From assembly GCA_051003195.1 (NCBI GenBank), contig JBPCLP010000056.1:1-47831 (forward strand): DNA of 47,831 bases. The letters run 5' to 3'. The notes under the pieces were generated by a model. The model made no database searches, had not been told where the DNA came from, and saw only the letters and a program-made list of their open reading frames with translations. The stretch is from Candidatus Sumerlaeaceae bacterium (lineage in GTDB: Bacteria; Sumerlaeota; Sumerlaeia; Sumerlaeales; Sumerlaeaceae). Position numbers and translations under genes: made by a program. Numbering within the stretch: the first letter of the stretch is position 1; the number at the start of each line of letters is the position of its first letter. Shown here one piece after another: positions 7,906 to 16,843 of the stretch.

Positions 7906-10269
7906 TTACCTCAGATCGGTTTGTGGCGCTATCAGCACTTCCGTAATCATGTCTTCACCAACTACCAGGCCGTCTGCTCTTCCCATTTTCGGGTCCGGCT
8001 CGTCGCCGGGCGCTGAGTGCAGCGCAAGGTTGTATAAGCCGGACGTAAGCGGTTGAATCAGAAAGAAGTTTTTGCCCACAGCCCTGGCCCACATCGTCTC
8101 CATGTCCGCAGTGCTCGCAGAATTACCAACGCGAGAAACGCTGCACCGCAAACTGGACTGCGAACCGGTGGTCTCCAACGGAGGCTGGAGACGAATCAGT
8201 ATTCCCGAACGACTTTGCTTCAGTGCAATTTCGCCAAGGTCGTCTTCGGCCTGGTCGACCGTCAACGTGGTGGTTGCAGGCGCGTAATTGCCACTAGCTG
8301 AAGCTGCAACGACGTAACTGCCTTTTGGAATCCATTCTGTCTGAAAATCCCCGTCTGAGTTTGTCCGGGCAACGACTTGCGTGATGCTCGTTTCAGAATT
8401 GTTTACCGTTCGAAGCTGAACTTTAGCGTCGGCTAATGGAGCCCGGCTGCCCGCTTCCACTACCCGGCCTCTGACTCTGCACGCTGCCGCGCGCAGCACC
8501 ACATTGGCTGTCGTGTGCCCATCGCTCCGGAACTCTTTTGCCTCGACTGGCAAACCGACTTTTTGCCCTGGTTGCTGAATGGACGAATGCGGCGACACTT
8601 CTGCCACAACCCGGTACGCACCTGCGCAAAGTCCTGAGACGGTGAAGCTGCCGTTGCTTTGCGGCACTATGGTTTTAAGCAGACCGTCCTCGCCTGGGCA
8701 AAGCGGCGAGGTTGTGGCTGTTGTAAAGAGTCGAAGCTGATATTCTGCCCCTGAGGTTATTCCATCCAGCCGCCCTTGTAGTGCGCCTGCAGCTTCTGCC
8801 ATTTCGACCGGATGGGTGGTATTTGCGAGCACCTTAACGAGTGCGGATGGCAAAATAGGGTCGAGATCTCGCAACAGCATGTTATCCGCCGCCGCCGCCA
8901 GCCTGTACTCACCTGGCACCAGCCCTTGCAGCTGAAACCGCCCGTCAGGCCCAACCGGGCTCCTGCCAGTTCCAGCGAAACCGGAAGCAGTCACCCACAT
9001 CTGCTCCAGATTCTTTGGGCTTCGGATACGAATGGCCCCACTGATAGAACCTGTCAGTCCAAGACGGACGGAATGCGGTGTTTCGGTTGGCGGCACACTG
9101 GTGGCAACTGCGGCTATTTTCAATTGGTCAGCCGATGCGGTCCTGTCCGTATCGGGAGTTATAAGGAACTCACGTCCTGGCTGGGATGGGGTAAGTTGAA
9201 AGTCGTAACGGGCCGATCTGGAATTTGACGCCTCCGCCTCGGCAGTGTAGAATCCATCTTCAGAAGAAGCGTGACTGAGCGGAAGATGAGCTACCTCAAA
9301 GTACCCGGATGAATCTGTCGAGGTGATCCGCTGGATACGCGGGGAGCGGCCTTTGCTCGACACCTTAATGCGAGCGTTTCGTGCTGGTCCACTACGGTCC
9401 AGAACCGTCCCGTTAACTGTCCCACCGTCTTCCAAAGCTATGGCCAGTGTGGTGGAGGCTGCATTCACTTGTGGTATGTACTGCATCGCAAAAGCGAGAT
9501 GCGAAATCACAACAGTAACGTAGCCAGGGTGGAGATTTGAGAATTGAAAGTTACCCTGGCTATCCGTTGGGCGTATTGCCAGTACGCCTTCAGTTGTGGA
9601 ATCGATCCCTTCTTCGGGCAAATAGTCGGGATGCAGGAGAGCGACCTGCGCGTTTTGCACTGGCGCTTGATCATGCCGGCCAACTACGCGTCCGCGGAGC
9701 TCCACCGGCCTGTACAAAGTTAGAGTCAGTGTAGATTCCTGGAGCCGAGGCAGTTCGACGCTATACTCCTTCATCATGGACTCGGCAAAGCCATCAGCTA
9801 CGGCGTAGAGGTCAGCCCGTGCTCCTGCTCCGGTTAGCGGCGCAAGACCTTCGAACCTGAACTGGCCCAAATGATTCGTCCGCCCCGTCGTGCTAACGTA
9901 CTTCTGTGGCGAAGTGAAAATGTTTAGTCGCACAAGTGCATCGTCTATCGGAGCGGCCTCTTCGTCTTGCACAACTCCCGCGAGGACGTCACTTTGCAGA
10001 ACAGTGGGACTTATAAAGTGCACTGCGTTCGCCAATACAGATGATCTCTTTGTATGCGACGATATTCCGGGTGCAGTGGGCGCGGTGGGGCTGGTGTTTT
10101 GCCTGGCCGTTGCCGAATCGGACGCCGGCGACCTGGATGGCTGTTGAACGCTACGATTATTCCGCACAAGCTGGAACAGAGAAGCGCCAACTATTAGCAG
10201 GACTAACAGCAGTGCAATGCGCTTTCCGTTGAGGACTCTTGTTTTAGGATGCGCGGATATGGGACTCAT
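7906..10269 (-). CDS. Membrane-anchored protein with carboxypeptidase-regulatory-like (beta-sandwich) repeats
   Basis: N-terminal TM; repeated GxVxD..P..A.V / T...G.F....L.PG.Y units. Confidence 0.85.
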   Translation of the reverse strand: MSPISAHPKTRVLNGKRIALLLVLLIVGASLFQLVRNNRSVQQPSRSPASDSATARQNTSPTAPTAPGISSHTKRSSVLANAVHFISPTVLQSDVLAGVVQDEEAAPIDDALVRLNIFTSPQKYVSTTGRTNHLGQFRFEGLAPLTGAGARADLYAVADGFAESMMKEYSVELPRLQESTLTLTLYRPVELRGRVVGRHDQAPVQNAQVALLHPDYLPEEGIDSTTEGVLAIRPTDSQGNFQFSNLHPGYVTVVISHLAFAMQYIPQVNAASTTLAIALEDGGTVNGTVLDRSGPARNARIKVSSKGRSPRIQRITSTDSSGYFEVAHLPLSHASSEDGFYTAEAEASNSRSARYDFQLTPSQPGREFLITPDTDRTASADQLKIAAVATSVPPTETPHSVRLGLTGSISGAIRIRSPKNLEQMWVTASGFAGTGRSPVGPDGRFQLQGLVPGEYRLAAAADNMLLRDLDPILPSALVKVLANTTHPVEMAEAAGALQGRLDGITSGAEYQLRLFTTATTSPLCPGEDGLLKTIVPQSNGSFTVSGLCAGAYRVVAEVSPHSSIQQPGQKVGLPVEAKEFRSDGHTTANVVLRAAACRVRGRVVEAGSRAPLADAKVQLRTVNNSETSITQVVARTNSDGDFQTEWIPKGSYVVAASASGNYAPATTTLTVDQAEDDLGEIALKQSRSGILIRLQPPLETTGSQSSLRCSVSRVGNSASTADMETMWARAVGKNFFLIQPLTSGLYNLALHSAPGDEPDPKMGRADGLVVGEDMITEVLIAPQTDLR

Positions 10270-10272
10270 ACA

Positions 10273-10674
10273 TCAACTACACAGTAGGAACCATTGCATT
10301 GTATATGTCGGAACCATTGCATCGCCTCGCCCGAGAAGCACCAGCTTGCGGGCTCGCGCTACACGAATTTCCATCCCCTCGATCAGCCGAAGAATCACCG
10401 TTCGCATCTCCTTTGACAGCGGCAGGCCGATGCTCTGCAGAAACGGAGCGTAAGCATCGGGGTTGGCTTCGACTACACTCAGCAGGTCGGGCGATTTGTT
10501 GGTACGCTTGTTATAGAACTGCTCCGCCTCGTCGAACTCCTGCGCCAGCCCTCGCGCGCGTTCATTCGCATCCGGCGCGTTGAACAACCACTTCAGCCCG
10601 GCGCCTTCCAGCGCCGTGCGGATGCGGTCAACGCGGTCGGAGGCAGCAGGCGTCACTTGGCTAGACTCCGGCAT
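10273..10674 (-). CDS. Hypothetical protein, possibly 3'-truncated or chimeric
   Basis: 133-aa ORF; host-like codon usage in the first ~100 codons, atypical tail. Confidence 0.5.
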   Translation of the reverse strand: MPESSQVTPAASDRVDRIRTALEGAGLKWLFNAPDANERARGLAQEFDEAEQFYNKRTNKSPDLLSVVEANPDAYAPFLQSIGLPLSKEMRTVILRLIEGMEIRVARARKLVLLGRGDAMVPTYTMQWFLLCS

Positions 10675-10773
10675 GCTGAATGCGTCTGAAATGCCGCGTA
10701 AAAATTAATTTTACGCGTCGCCAATTGTTCGCCCCCAAGTTTTCTGGTTTTAATTCGTGCCCGTTCCCGAGTT

Positions 10774-11220
10774 TTAATTCTTAATTCTAGTTTGCAGAAC
10801 CGCTGCAGCCAGGCAGGCAAAAAGTATATAGCCTGTTAGCAGGGAGCCGACTACCAGCAGTACGCGGATTTCACCAATAGTATATTGGGTGATCAGGTTT
10901 GCCACCGCGAAGCTGCCAAGGACGACTACATCCCTTGACGTGGAAACCATTGCCGGATGTTTAACAAGATTTAGCATACTTGTACAACCCAATACGGACG
11001 AGAAGAATAATCCGGAGACAAACAACCCGATTGCCACTTTCTCAGATGCTGCTGCAAACCCGATTGCATTCGCAATTTTAACGTCAAATTCCTTACCGAG
11101 AAAGAGGAATGCTGGTCCCACTAAAGCCAAAGAATACAATTGAAGCTTTTGCATTTCAAATAGCCTTCCACTTAATAAGACTACACTTAATAGACTAATA
11201 GACGTACCGGTTGTGAACAT
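10774..11220 (-). CDS. AT-rich membrane protein, probably 5'-truncated
   Basis: 148 aa, hydrophobic; ATG overlaps head-to-head with the next gene, leaving no promoter or RBS space. Confidence 0.6.
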   Translation of the reverse strand: MFTTGTSISLLSVVLLSGRLFEMQKLQLYSLALVGPAFLFLGKEFDVKIANAIGFAAASEKVAIGLFVSGLFFSSVLGCTSMLNLVKHPAMVSTSRDVVVLGSFAVANLITQYTIGEIRVLLVVGSLLTGYILFACLAAAVLQTRIKN

Positions 11221-11551
11221 GGATATTGAATCGAATAGCGCCGTGCCGACCCCCTTTGAATGGCGGCCCCCGGACCATCTGCTAAGCGTCGTTGCCGAGC
11301 CCGACGGCCAGCAGATTTACATCCACGGCGACAGAGCTGGTTACGAGCTACTTGCCCGCGCCATCGCCCGGCTGCTCGAGCACCTGGAGAACAATAACTG
11401 CGAACACGACCACCTGTTCCGCTGGGATTGGCCCGGTGATGAACTCACCACCACGATGTTACAGCAAGAGCGCGAAGCCAGCTGCATTCAAGTTGGTCAT
11501 GTAAAACTCTATGCCTGGACCGACGAATGGCGCAAAAAGCACGGACTGTAA
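11219..11551 (+). CDS. Imm32-like polymorphic-toxin immunity protein
   Basis: IYIHGDRAGYELLA...HDHLFRWDWPGDEL pattern recalled from Imm32; start ATG 11219 or GTG 11213. Confidence 0.7.
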   Translation: MDIESNSAVPTPFEWRPPDHLLSVVAEPDGQQIYIHGDRAGYELLARAIARLLEHLENNNCEHDHLFRWDWPGDELTTTMLQQEREASCIQVGHVKLYAWTDEWRKKHGL

Positions 11552-11654
11552 AGACCGCAACAAGAAAATGCCGGACAGAGCCGGAATTAATTAGCTAATA
11601 ACTAAATCGCGCCTATAACAAGGTCTCGCTTATGCAGCTTCCGTCTTCATCCAG

Positions 11655-12617
11655 TCACGCCACCGAATAATCGCGTATCGCCGTCGCGAAATGATCTAGC
11701 GCGTCCATATGCCGATCTCGCGCCGATTCCAGCGTCGGCTTCCAGGGCGTGAGCAAATAGCCTTTGATACGGTCCGGCGAGCAATGCTGTTCACACCATT
11801 GGATGGTGGCTGAGATATTGTCCGGCGTCTCCCAGTTGCTGAGCGTCGGCACCTGGTCATACCCGGCCTTATCGACATCGATGAACGTGGTTGCCGCGGG
11901 GATATCCATGTTAAATTCCGCGCCGTACACGCTCCTGGCCGGCCCTGACACCGGATGGCGATACCAGTTGGATTGCAGCACGTTCTTCGGCATGTTCTTG
12001 TAGAACTCCTCCGCATGGTTCCACACGTAATCCCCCCATATCCATGGCCGGACCCCGGCCGCCTCCACCTGCTCGCGAAGGAAATGAAAGTCATGCCACC
12101 AAAGGTCATATTGCCGCGAGCAGACGAACTGAAACCGCTCCTGGTGAATCGTCTCTTCTTCATCCATGCCCAGGTGGAAAAAGCGGGGATTCTCAAACCA
12201 CTCAATTGTCTCCGCGATCAGGTCCTTGCAGACCTTGTAATATGCCGGGGTCGAAAGCATCCGCGCGTAATCCTTCAGCCAGGCGTCGTGGCAGGCGGAG
12301 AAATTCAGCTTCGGAATGGGCTCCAGGCCCATGTCGCGCATTTTCTTCATCTCTTCTTTGAGCTTGTCGCGCGACCAGGCATTTTCGACCGGAATCTCCG
12401 GGTGCGATTTGAACTGAATTCCATCCCCTACATCGAGGACGACCATGTTCATTTTGAACTTGGACATGGTCTTGAGCAGGTCGTTCCAAAGCGATTCATC
12501 GAAGCGAAGCTGTGGCTGCATCTGCCAGTAAGGTCCCGCCTTGGGATGCTTCCAGTCGCCCCACATGTTGTAGGAAAGATGAATGAGATTCGCGAGGATG
12601 AGCTTGTCGGTGGCCAT
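11655..12617 (-). CDS. GH20-like glycoside hydrolase (TIM barrel)
   Basis: IPKLNFSACHDAWL, FHLGMDEE (acidic pair), PWIWGD, QSNWY; probable start MATDK. Confidence 0.75.
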   Translation of the reverse strand: MATDKLILANLIHLSYNMWGDWKHPKAGPYWQMQPQLRFDESLWNDLLKTMSKFKMNMVVLDVGDGIQFKSHPEIPVENAWSRDKLKEEMKKMRDMGLEPIPKLNFSACHDAWLKDYARMLSTPAYYKVCKDLIAETIEWFENPRFFHLGMDEEETIHQERFQFVCSRQYDLWWHDFHFLREQVEAAGVRPWIWGDYVWNHAEEFYKNMPKNVLQSNWYRHPVSGPARSVYGAEFNMDIPAATTFIDVDKAGYDQVPTLSNWETPDNISATIQWCEQHCSPDRIKGYLLTPWKPTLESARDRHMDALDHFATAIRDYSVA

Positions 12618-12680
12618 GGGGATTGTCACTACTCACAGAAAAGGTTCGTTGTGATTTGTCCAGTTAAACATCTCCGCCCC

Positions 12681-12775
12681 GCGTGGAGTTAGCGGAGGAG
12701 TCAAGGGGACGTGCGCTGGGTTAGTTCCGGGGTGAACTCCCGATCACGGGAGTTCCGGTGGAGTTCCGGGTTCGC
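12681..12775. repeat. GGAGTT/GAACTCC direct-plus-inverted short repeat cluster
   Basis: Hairpin gaactccc-gatcac-gggagttc (12734-12755) and ggagttccgg x2; partly similar to 156-190. Confidence 0.5.
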
Positions 12776-12920
12776 TCCGGTCACGGCCGCGGTGATCGCT
12801 ATCGTGGTGCTTGCGTCTGGCGCTTTGTTGCAGCGCGGTGGCGCCAGTAAACACATTAATCGCGGAGGCGCTTAGATCGGCTGGTCTACTCTTCCACTCG
12901 CATTTTGGATACTGGTTGGC

Positions 12921-13220
12921 GTGTCGATCGTGGGAGGTGCGATCAGCATATGGATGGGGGCGCATGGCCACAACCGCGGCATAAATCCATTGGATACTTT
13001 TCTTAGCGGAATTGGTGGGCTGATCATGGGCACCGTTTTTAAGTATCGGCTTTTCCCGGGGCAGCAAGCTGAGATGACCTGGAATCACGGGAGGTGGACG
13101 CCGACAGCAGAGCTGGCGGCAGAAAGTGCGCGCATGTTCTACGGTGTTGGCGTCGCGTGTCTCGTCGTTTCGGTTGTCTGGTTTATCGTGAACCGCATCC
13201 GAAAGACATGGAACACGTAG
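12921..13220 (+). CDS. Small membrane protein (start uncertain)
   Basis: 99 aa, three hydrophobic segments. Confidence 0.5.
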   Translation: MSIVGGAISIWMGAHGHNRGINPLDTFLSGIGGLIMGTVFKYRLFPGQQAEMTWNHGRWTPTAELAAESARMFYGVGVACLVVSVVWFIVNRIRKTWNT

Positions 13221-13304
13221 GCCGCTCAGCACTACCAGTGCATCGGCGCAGGTCTGGGGACCGCACCCGATCTGCTTAGCTGGCGTGGTTCTGGATCAAC
13301 GCAT

Positions 13305-13345
13305 GATCTCCAGCCGCAGATCCAGAATATCTCGACGGGCGAGCC
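13305..13345 (+). repeat. 41-bp direct repeat R1, copy a
   Basis: 39/41 identical to 14722-14762. Confidence 0.9.
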
Positions 13346-13383
13346 TCCGCGAATAGCGCGATGGCCGGCTGCTCTACTATCTC
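13345..13383 (-). pseudogene. Tiny fragment resembling a type I restriction HsdR N-terminus
   Basis: EIVEQPAIALFAE resembles the recalled HsdR N-terminal motif LVEQPAIxLFAELGW. Confidence 0.45.
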
Positions 13384-13456
13384 GGCGTGGCGTTAAGCCT
13401 CATTGCTCTGAAAGGGTTCCAAATTCTATTCTTCGCTGGCAGAGTATACAGTTCAA

Positions 13457-13573
13457 TACCTCGATGGCGCGACAATACGTCGTTTAGCATGGGTCGACAT
13501 TAAGACCCTCTTTATGACCCCTTCTTGGCAATAGGACCCTCTTTCTGTTTTCGCCACACGGCTCCCGGCCCGC
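13457..13573 (-). repeat. Duplicated 3' end of the fic gene plus downstream flank (R2 copy a)
   Basis: 117 bp with 7 mismatches versus 15637-15753. Confidence 0.95.
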
Positions 13574-13575
13574 TG

Positions 13576-13836
13576 TCAGGAAAGGGCGCGTGGAGAGACT
13601 TCAGGCGGATGGATGACAATAGCGTCTGATTCCAGTGAGGTGATCTTTATGTCCCCCCCTTCATAGACCGGATCTCCATAACCCTGCAGCTCGATTCCGC
13701 AGCCCCTGGCAATACATATGGTGCCAATCCGGTCCAACTCGGCTGCATCACAGATGATCGTTACAGTTACGACAGATTCGCTCCAGCCAAATCCCGATTG
13801 CAACCTGCCGGTTTCCGGGTGTATCTTTAGCTCCAT
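13576..13836 (-). CDS. Hypothetical protein fragment
   Basis: MELKIHPE...; shares CATG head-to-head with the next gene, likely truncated. Confidence 0.35.
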   Translation of the reverse strand: MELKIHPETGRLQSGFGWSESVVTVTIICDAAELDRIGTICIARGCGIELQGYGDPVYEGGDIKITSLESDAIVIHPPEVSPRALS

Positions 13837-14404
13837 GAATCCCTTGTACACACTGGCGTATCCGCAGCTCTCGGCCCGTGACCGTGTGTTCATTGATGAC
13901 TTCCGCCGCCGATATGACATCCCGTTCCGCGATGTGGTCGCGCCGCACTGGACTCTGGCGTTCGGATGCACCGCGATTCCTGAGTCAGAGTACCGTCAAC
14001 ACGTACGTGAGATTGCGCAGGTGCAGCCCACGATCCGTTTCTGTTGCAGGTACGCGATGGTCGGTGTCGATGACGCAAACGACAACTACTACGTGTTTCT
14101 CGTTCCGGATGACGGGTTCAGCGACATCTCCAGACTTCATGACCGGCTTTACACCGGCGAGCTGACACCGTACTTGCGCCTCGACATTCCATACGTTCCG
14201 CACATTGGAATTGCCACGATCGCCGACCGCAGGCGCATCAAGGAACTTTGCGACGAGTTGAACTCGACCGGCTTGACTATCCACGGCAGAATCAGTTCGA
14301 TCACCGTTTGCTCTTACGATGGTTCAAAGATCGAGGCCCTGGAGAACTTCCCTCTTGCTGATGTGGGCTGTGAGCAGGCAAACGACAAGACATCCTCCAC
14401 CTAA
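13835..14404 (+). CDS. 2H phosphoesterase / 2'-5' RNA ligase family protein
   Basis: Two His motifs PHWTL and PHIGI; start MNPLY at 13835. Confidence 0.85.
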   Translation: MNPLYTLAYPQLSARDRVFIDDFRRRYDIPFRDVVAPHWTLAFGCTAIPESEYRQHVREIAQVQPTIRFCCRYAMVGVDDANDNYYVFLVPDDGFSDISRLHDRLYTGELTPYLRLDIPYVPHIGIATIADRRRIKELCDELNSTGLTIHGRISSITVCSYDGSKIEALENFPLADVGCEQANDKTSST

Positions 14405-14445
14405 CCACTTGCCGCCCTGACGTTCTTGTCCAAGGCCCGTTAGTT
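14399..14445 (+). other. Shortened attC-like site
   Basis: ACCTAAC (R''-like, overlapping the stop codon) ... GTTAGTT (R'-like); only 47 bp. Confidence 0.4.
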
Positions 14446-14721
14446 GGTCGCTTCCGTCACACTGCTGGGTGTCATCGCTCGCCGCCAGGTCCGCGATCAT
14501 CCTCTCCCCTTAAAACGCGCTCATATTAATTTCACGAACCGCTCTTCGGAAGGAAACGGACTTGAAAGCATAGGAGACGTTTGGTCTGCTGTACTATGCC
14601 TCGTCACTTGATCCACGGAAGCCGCAAAGCGGACCACCCGATTCCCCTCCGACACCGGCGTAGCTAAAATGGAATCGCATTTGTCGCTTAGACCGCGCCG
14701 TTGCGGTCGGAGTTCTGGGGA

Positions 14722-14762
14722 GATCTCCAGCCGCAGATCCAGAATATCTCTACGTGCGAGCC
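14722..14762 (+). repeat. 41-bp direct repeat R1, copy b
   Basis: Matches 13305-13345; supplies the stop of the 14750-15283 ORF. Confidence 0.9.
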
Positions 14763-15283
14763 AGACGTTCCCCTTCGGTCATCGCTGAGGCGACCTGCAC
14801 ATGCAGCCGGTTCTTTCGCATGGTTACGGTGAGGCCGGCAATGTGCCTCTGATGTTGCGGAAAGTGCGTCATCTTGCGCTGGATCATATGCTCCAGGGTT
14901 TGCCTGATGATCAACTTGTCCTGCTCCAGCGACCCCTCGTCGAGCGGCAACTCGTCCATAATAGACTCACGAGTCTCCTCCGGCAGCAACGCCAGGTTCC
15001 ACGCCATGCTGGCCAGCTCCAGGGACTTTCGCGTTTCCTCCAGAGAATCGTTTTCGAACATGAGGGGCTTTGCAAATTCCAGCAGCAGTTGCGACGATTT
15101 GACTGCGGGAGCGCCAGCTTCTGTAGGCGAAAACTGCGGATAGAACCTTTGCACCCGCTTCACAAACTCCGGAGTCGGCCGCTTACGCTCCTGGGCCACC
15201 GCTTCATCGCCTAAGTGTCGCAGCTTGCGCAGGCGCCGTTTCGACATCCTTCTCCTCCATCCGTATTTACCATTCCATTCCAA
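14750..15283 (-). CDS. Hypothetical protein
   Basis: 177 aa (start may be MSKRR); LLEFAKPL...AWNLALLP helical motif; host-like codon usage. Confidence 0.75.
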   Translation of the reverse strand: MEWNGKYGWRRRMSKRRLRKLRHLGDEAVAQERKRPTPEFVKRVQRFYPQFSPTEAGAPAVKSSQLLLEFAKPLMFENDSLEETRKSLELASMAWNLALLPEETRESIMDELPLDEGSLEQDKLIIRQTLEHMIQRKMTHFPQHQRHIAGLTVTMRKNRLHVQVASAMTEGERLART

Positions 15284-15310
15284 ACCACGCCCCGCCCGCT
15301 GGTCAATCGC

Positions 15311-15550
15311 CTATATGTCTTCCAAACGGTCTATGGACACGGGCTCGATCAACTCCCACATTTCATTCTGATGCAGCCAGATGGGATCGGCATTCTGGCG
15401 AATAAACTCGTCCGCTTCCAGGCCTTCAATCATCGGCGGTCGCACCATCCGTTTCTGCTTTCCATTAATGAAGATCGTCATAAATTGTGCTCGCCGCCGC
15501 CTGCGCTCACGCTTCTGCTCGGCGCTTAGCCGCTTCTTCCGCTTACCCAT
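15311..15550 (-). CDS. Small basic hypothetical protein
   Basis: MGKRKKRLS...FINGKQKR..IEG..ADEFIRQNADPIWLHQNEMWE; GAGGGG RBS. Confidence 0.75.
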   Translation of the reverse strand: MGKRKKRLSAEQKRERRRRRAQFMTIFINGKQKRMVRPPMIEGLEADEFIRQNADPIWLHQNEMWELIEPVSIDRLEDI

Positions 15551-15597
15551 ATGCACCCCCTCGCTCACTTCTGGGTCGCTGACTGAACCGTGGTACT

Positions 15598-15613
15598 TAA
15601 CTTAATTAAGTTA
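15598..15613. promoter_or_regulatory. Perfect 16-bp palindrome TAACTTAATTAAGTTA
   Basis: Self-complementary, intergenic, upstream of the 15550 gene. Confidence 0.4.
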
Positions 15614-15691
15614 CCAGCACGCTTCTGCCATTGCGTTACCTCGATGGCGCGATAATACGTCGTTTCGAATGGGTCAACGTTAAGACCCTCT

Positions 15692-16762
15692 TTATGACCC
15701 CTTCTTGGCGATAGGACCCTCTTTCTGTTTTCGCCACAGGGCTCCCGGCCCGCGGCCAAGGCAGACGACAAGGCCGTCAGCGCTCATTTGCTTAAGCAGC
15801 CGCCTGAGGTGTTCCCGGCTGGTACCGGGGCAGAACCGCTCCAGGTCAGTCAGCGTAAATTCGCCCGAAATGTTGTCGAGAGTCTGCCTCAGTAACTCGG
15901 TCTTTGCGCCGCGCGGAGATCTCACCTGGCCCGCCCTCTGCTCGAATTCGCGACAGGCGCGAGTGACAATCGACAGCAGATGATTCAGCCAGGGGATGGT
16001 ATCGTGTTTGCCTTCGTGCCATCGCTGGGAACTTTGCTGAAGCGCGCGATAGTAATCCTCCTTCGCTTCCTCGACAAGACGTTCCAGGCTTACATATCGA
16101 CCGACTTCATAGCCATGCTGATAAAGCGCGAGCAAGGTCAACAGTCGCGACACGCGGCCGTTGCCATCACGGAATGGATGAATGCACAAAAAATCCAGAA
16201 CAAGCGCAGCGATGGCAATCAGAGGTGGAATGTGATCCTGATCAATCGCGTGGCGGTAAACGAGACAGAGCTCGTCCACCGCGTTGTGCGTCGCCTTGGC
16301 GGAAACGCATTTGAAACGAATGACGGGGGCCACGCCCGGCCGAAGTTCAATGATCTCATTGTCCTTCTTCTTGAATTCGCCCGCATCTCCGGTGCCTTCC
16401 TGGCAAAATTTATGAAGGCGGCGCACCAACTCCGGCGTAATTTGCAGCTCCTGAGCCCCGGTATGGATGAGGGTTAAGGCTTTGCGATAACCCATAATCT
16501 CCTGCTCGGAACGATCCATTGGGCGCGCACGGCCCAGCACCAGCGGGCGCAGCCGGTCCGCAGCCACCGTGATTCCCTCGATGCGATTGGAGGACTCGAC
16601 GCTCTGCACCAGCGCGATTTCGCGAAGCGCCTTAAGAAGCTGAGGCGACTGGCGCGTGAACAACTCCTGCTTCCCCTTGGCTTCGGCCAGATTGTTCAGC
16701 AACCAGTTCGTGCTCATCGGCACGGCAAAGTCGCGCAGGCGATTATTTCGGAAGGTCATCAT
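15692..16762 (-). CDS. Fic family protein with C-terminal winged HTH
   Basis: SSNRIEG; canonical HPFRDGNGRVSR; C-terminal FTLTDLERFCPGTSREHLRRLL..GRGPGALW. Confidence 0.95.
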   Translation of the reverse strand: MMTFRNNRLRDFAVPMSTNWLLNNLAEAKGKQELFTRQSPQLLKALREIALVQSVESSNRIEGITVAADRLRPLVLGRARPMDRSEQEIMGYRKALTLIHTGAQELQITPELVRRLHKFCQEGTGDAGEFKKKDNEIIELRPGVAPVIRFKCVSAKATHNAVDELCLVYRHAIDQDHIPPLIAIAALVLDFLCIHPFRDGNGRVSRLLTLLALYQHGYEVGRYVSLERLVEEAKEDYYRALQQSSQRWHEGKHDTIPWLNHLLSIVTRACREFEQRAGQVRSPRGAKTELLRQTLDNISGEFTLTDLERFCPGTSREHLRRLLKQMSADGLVVCLGRGPGALWRKQKEGPIAKKGS

Positions 16763-16843
16763 GGATCTGGTTCATCCGGCAATAAACGTATCTCTCTAGA
16801 GGGGTCTCCATGCGCGAGTTGCCCCGTGGTTTCAGCACCAATC

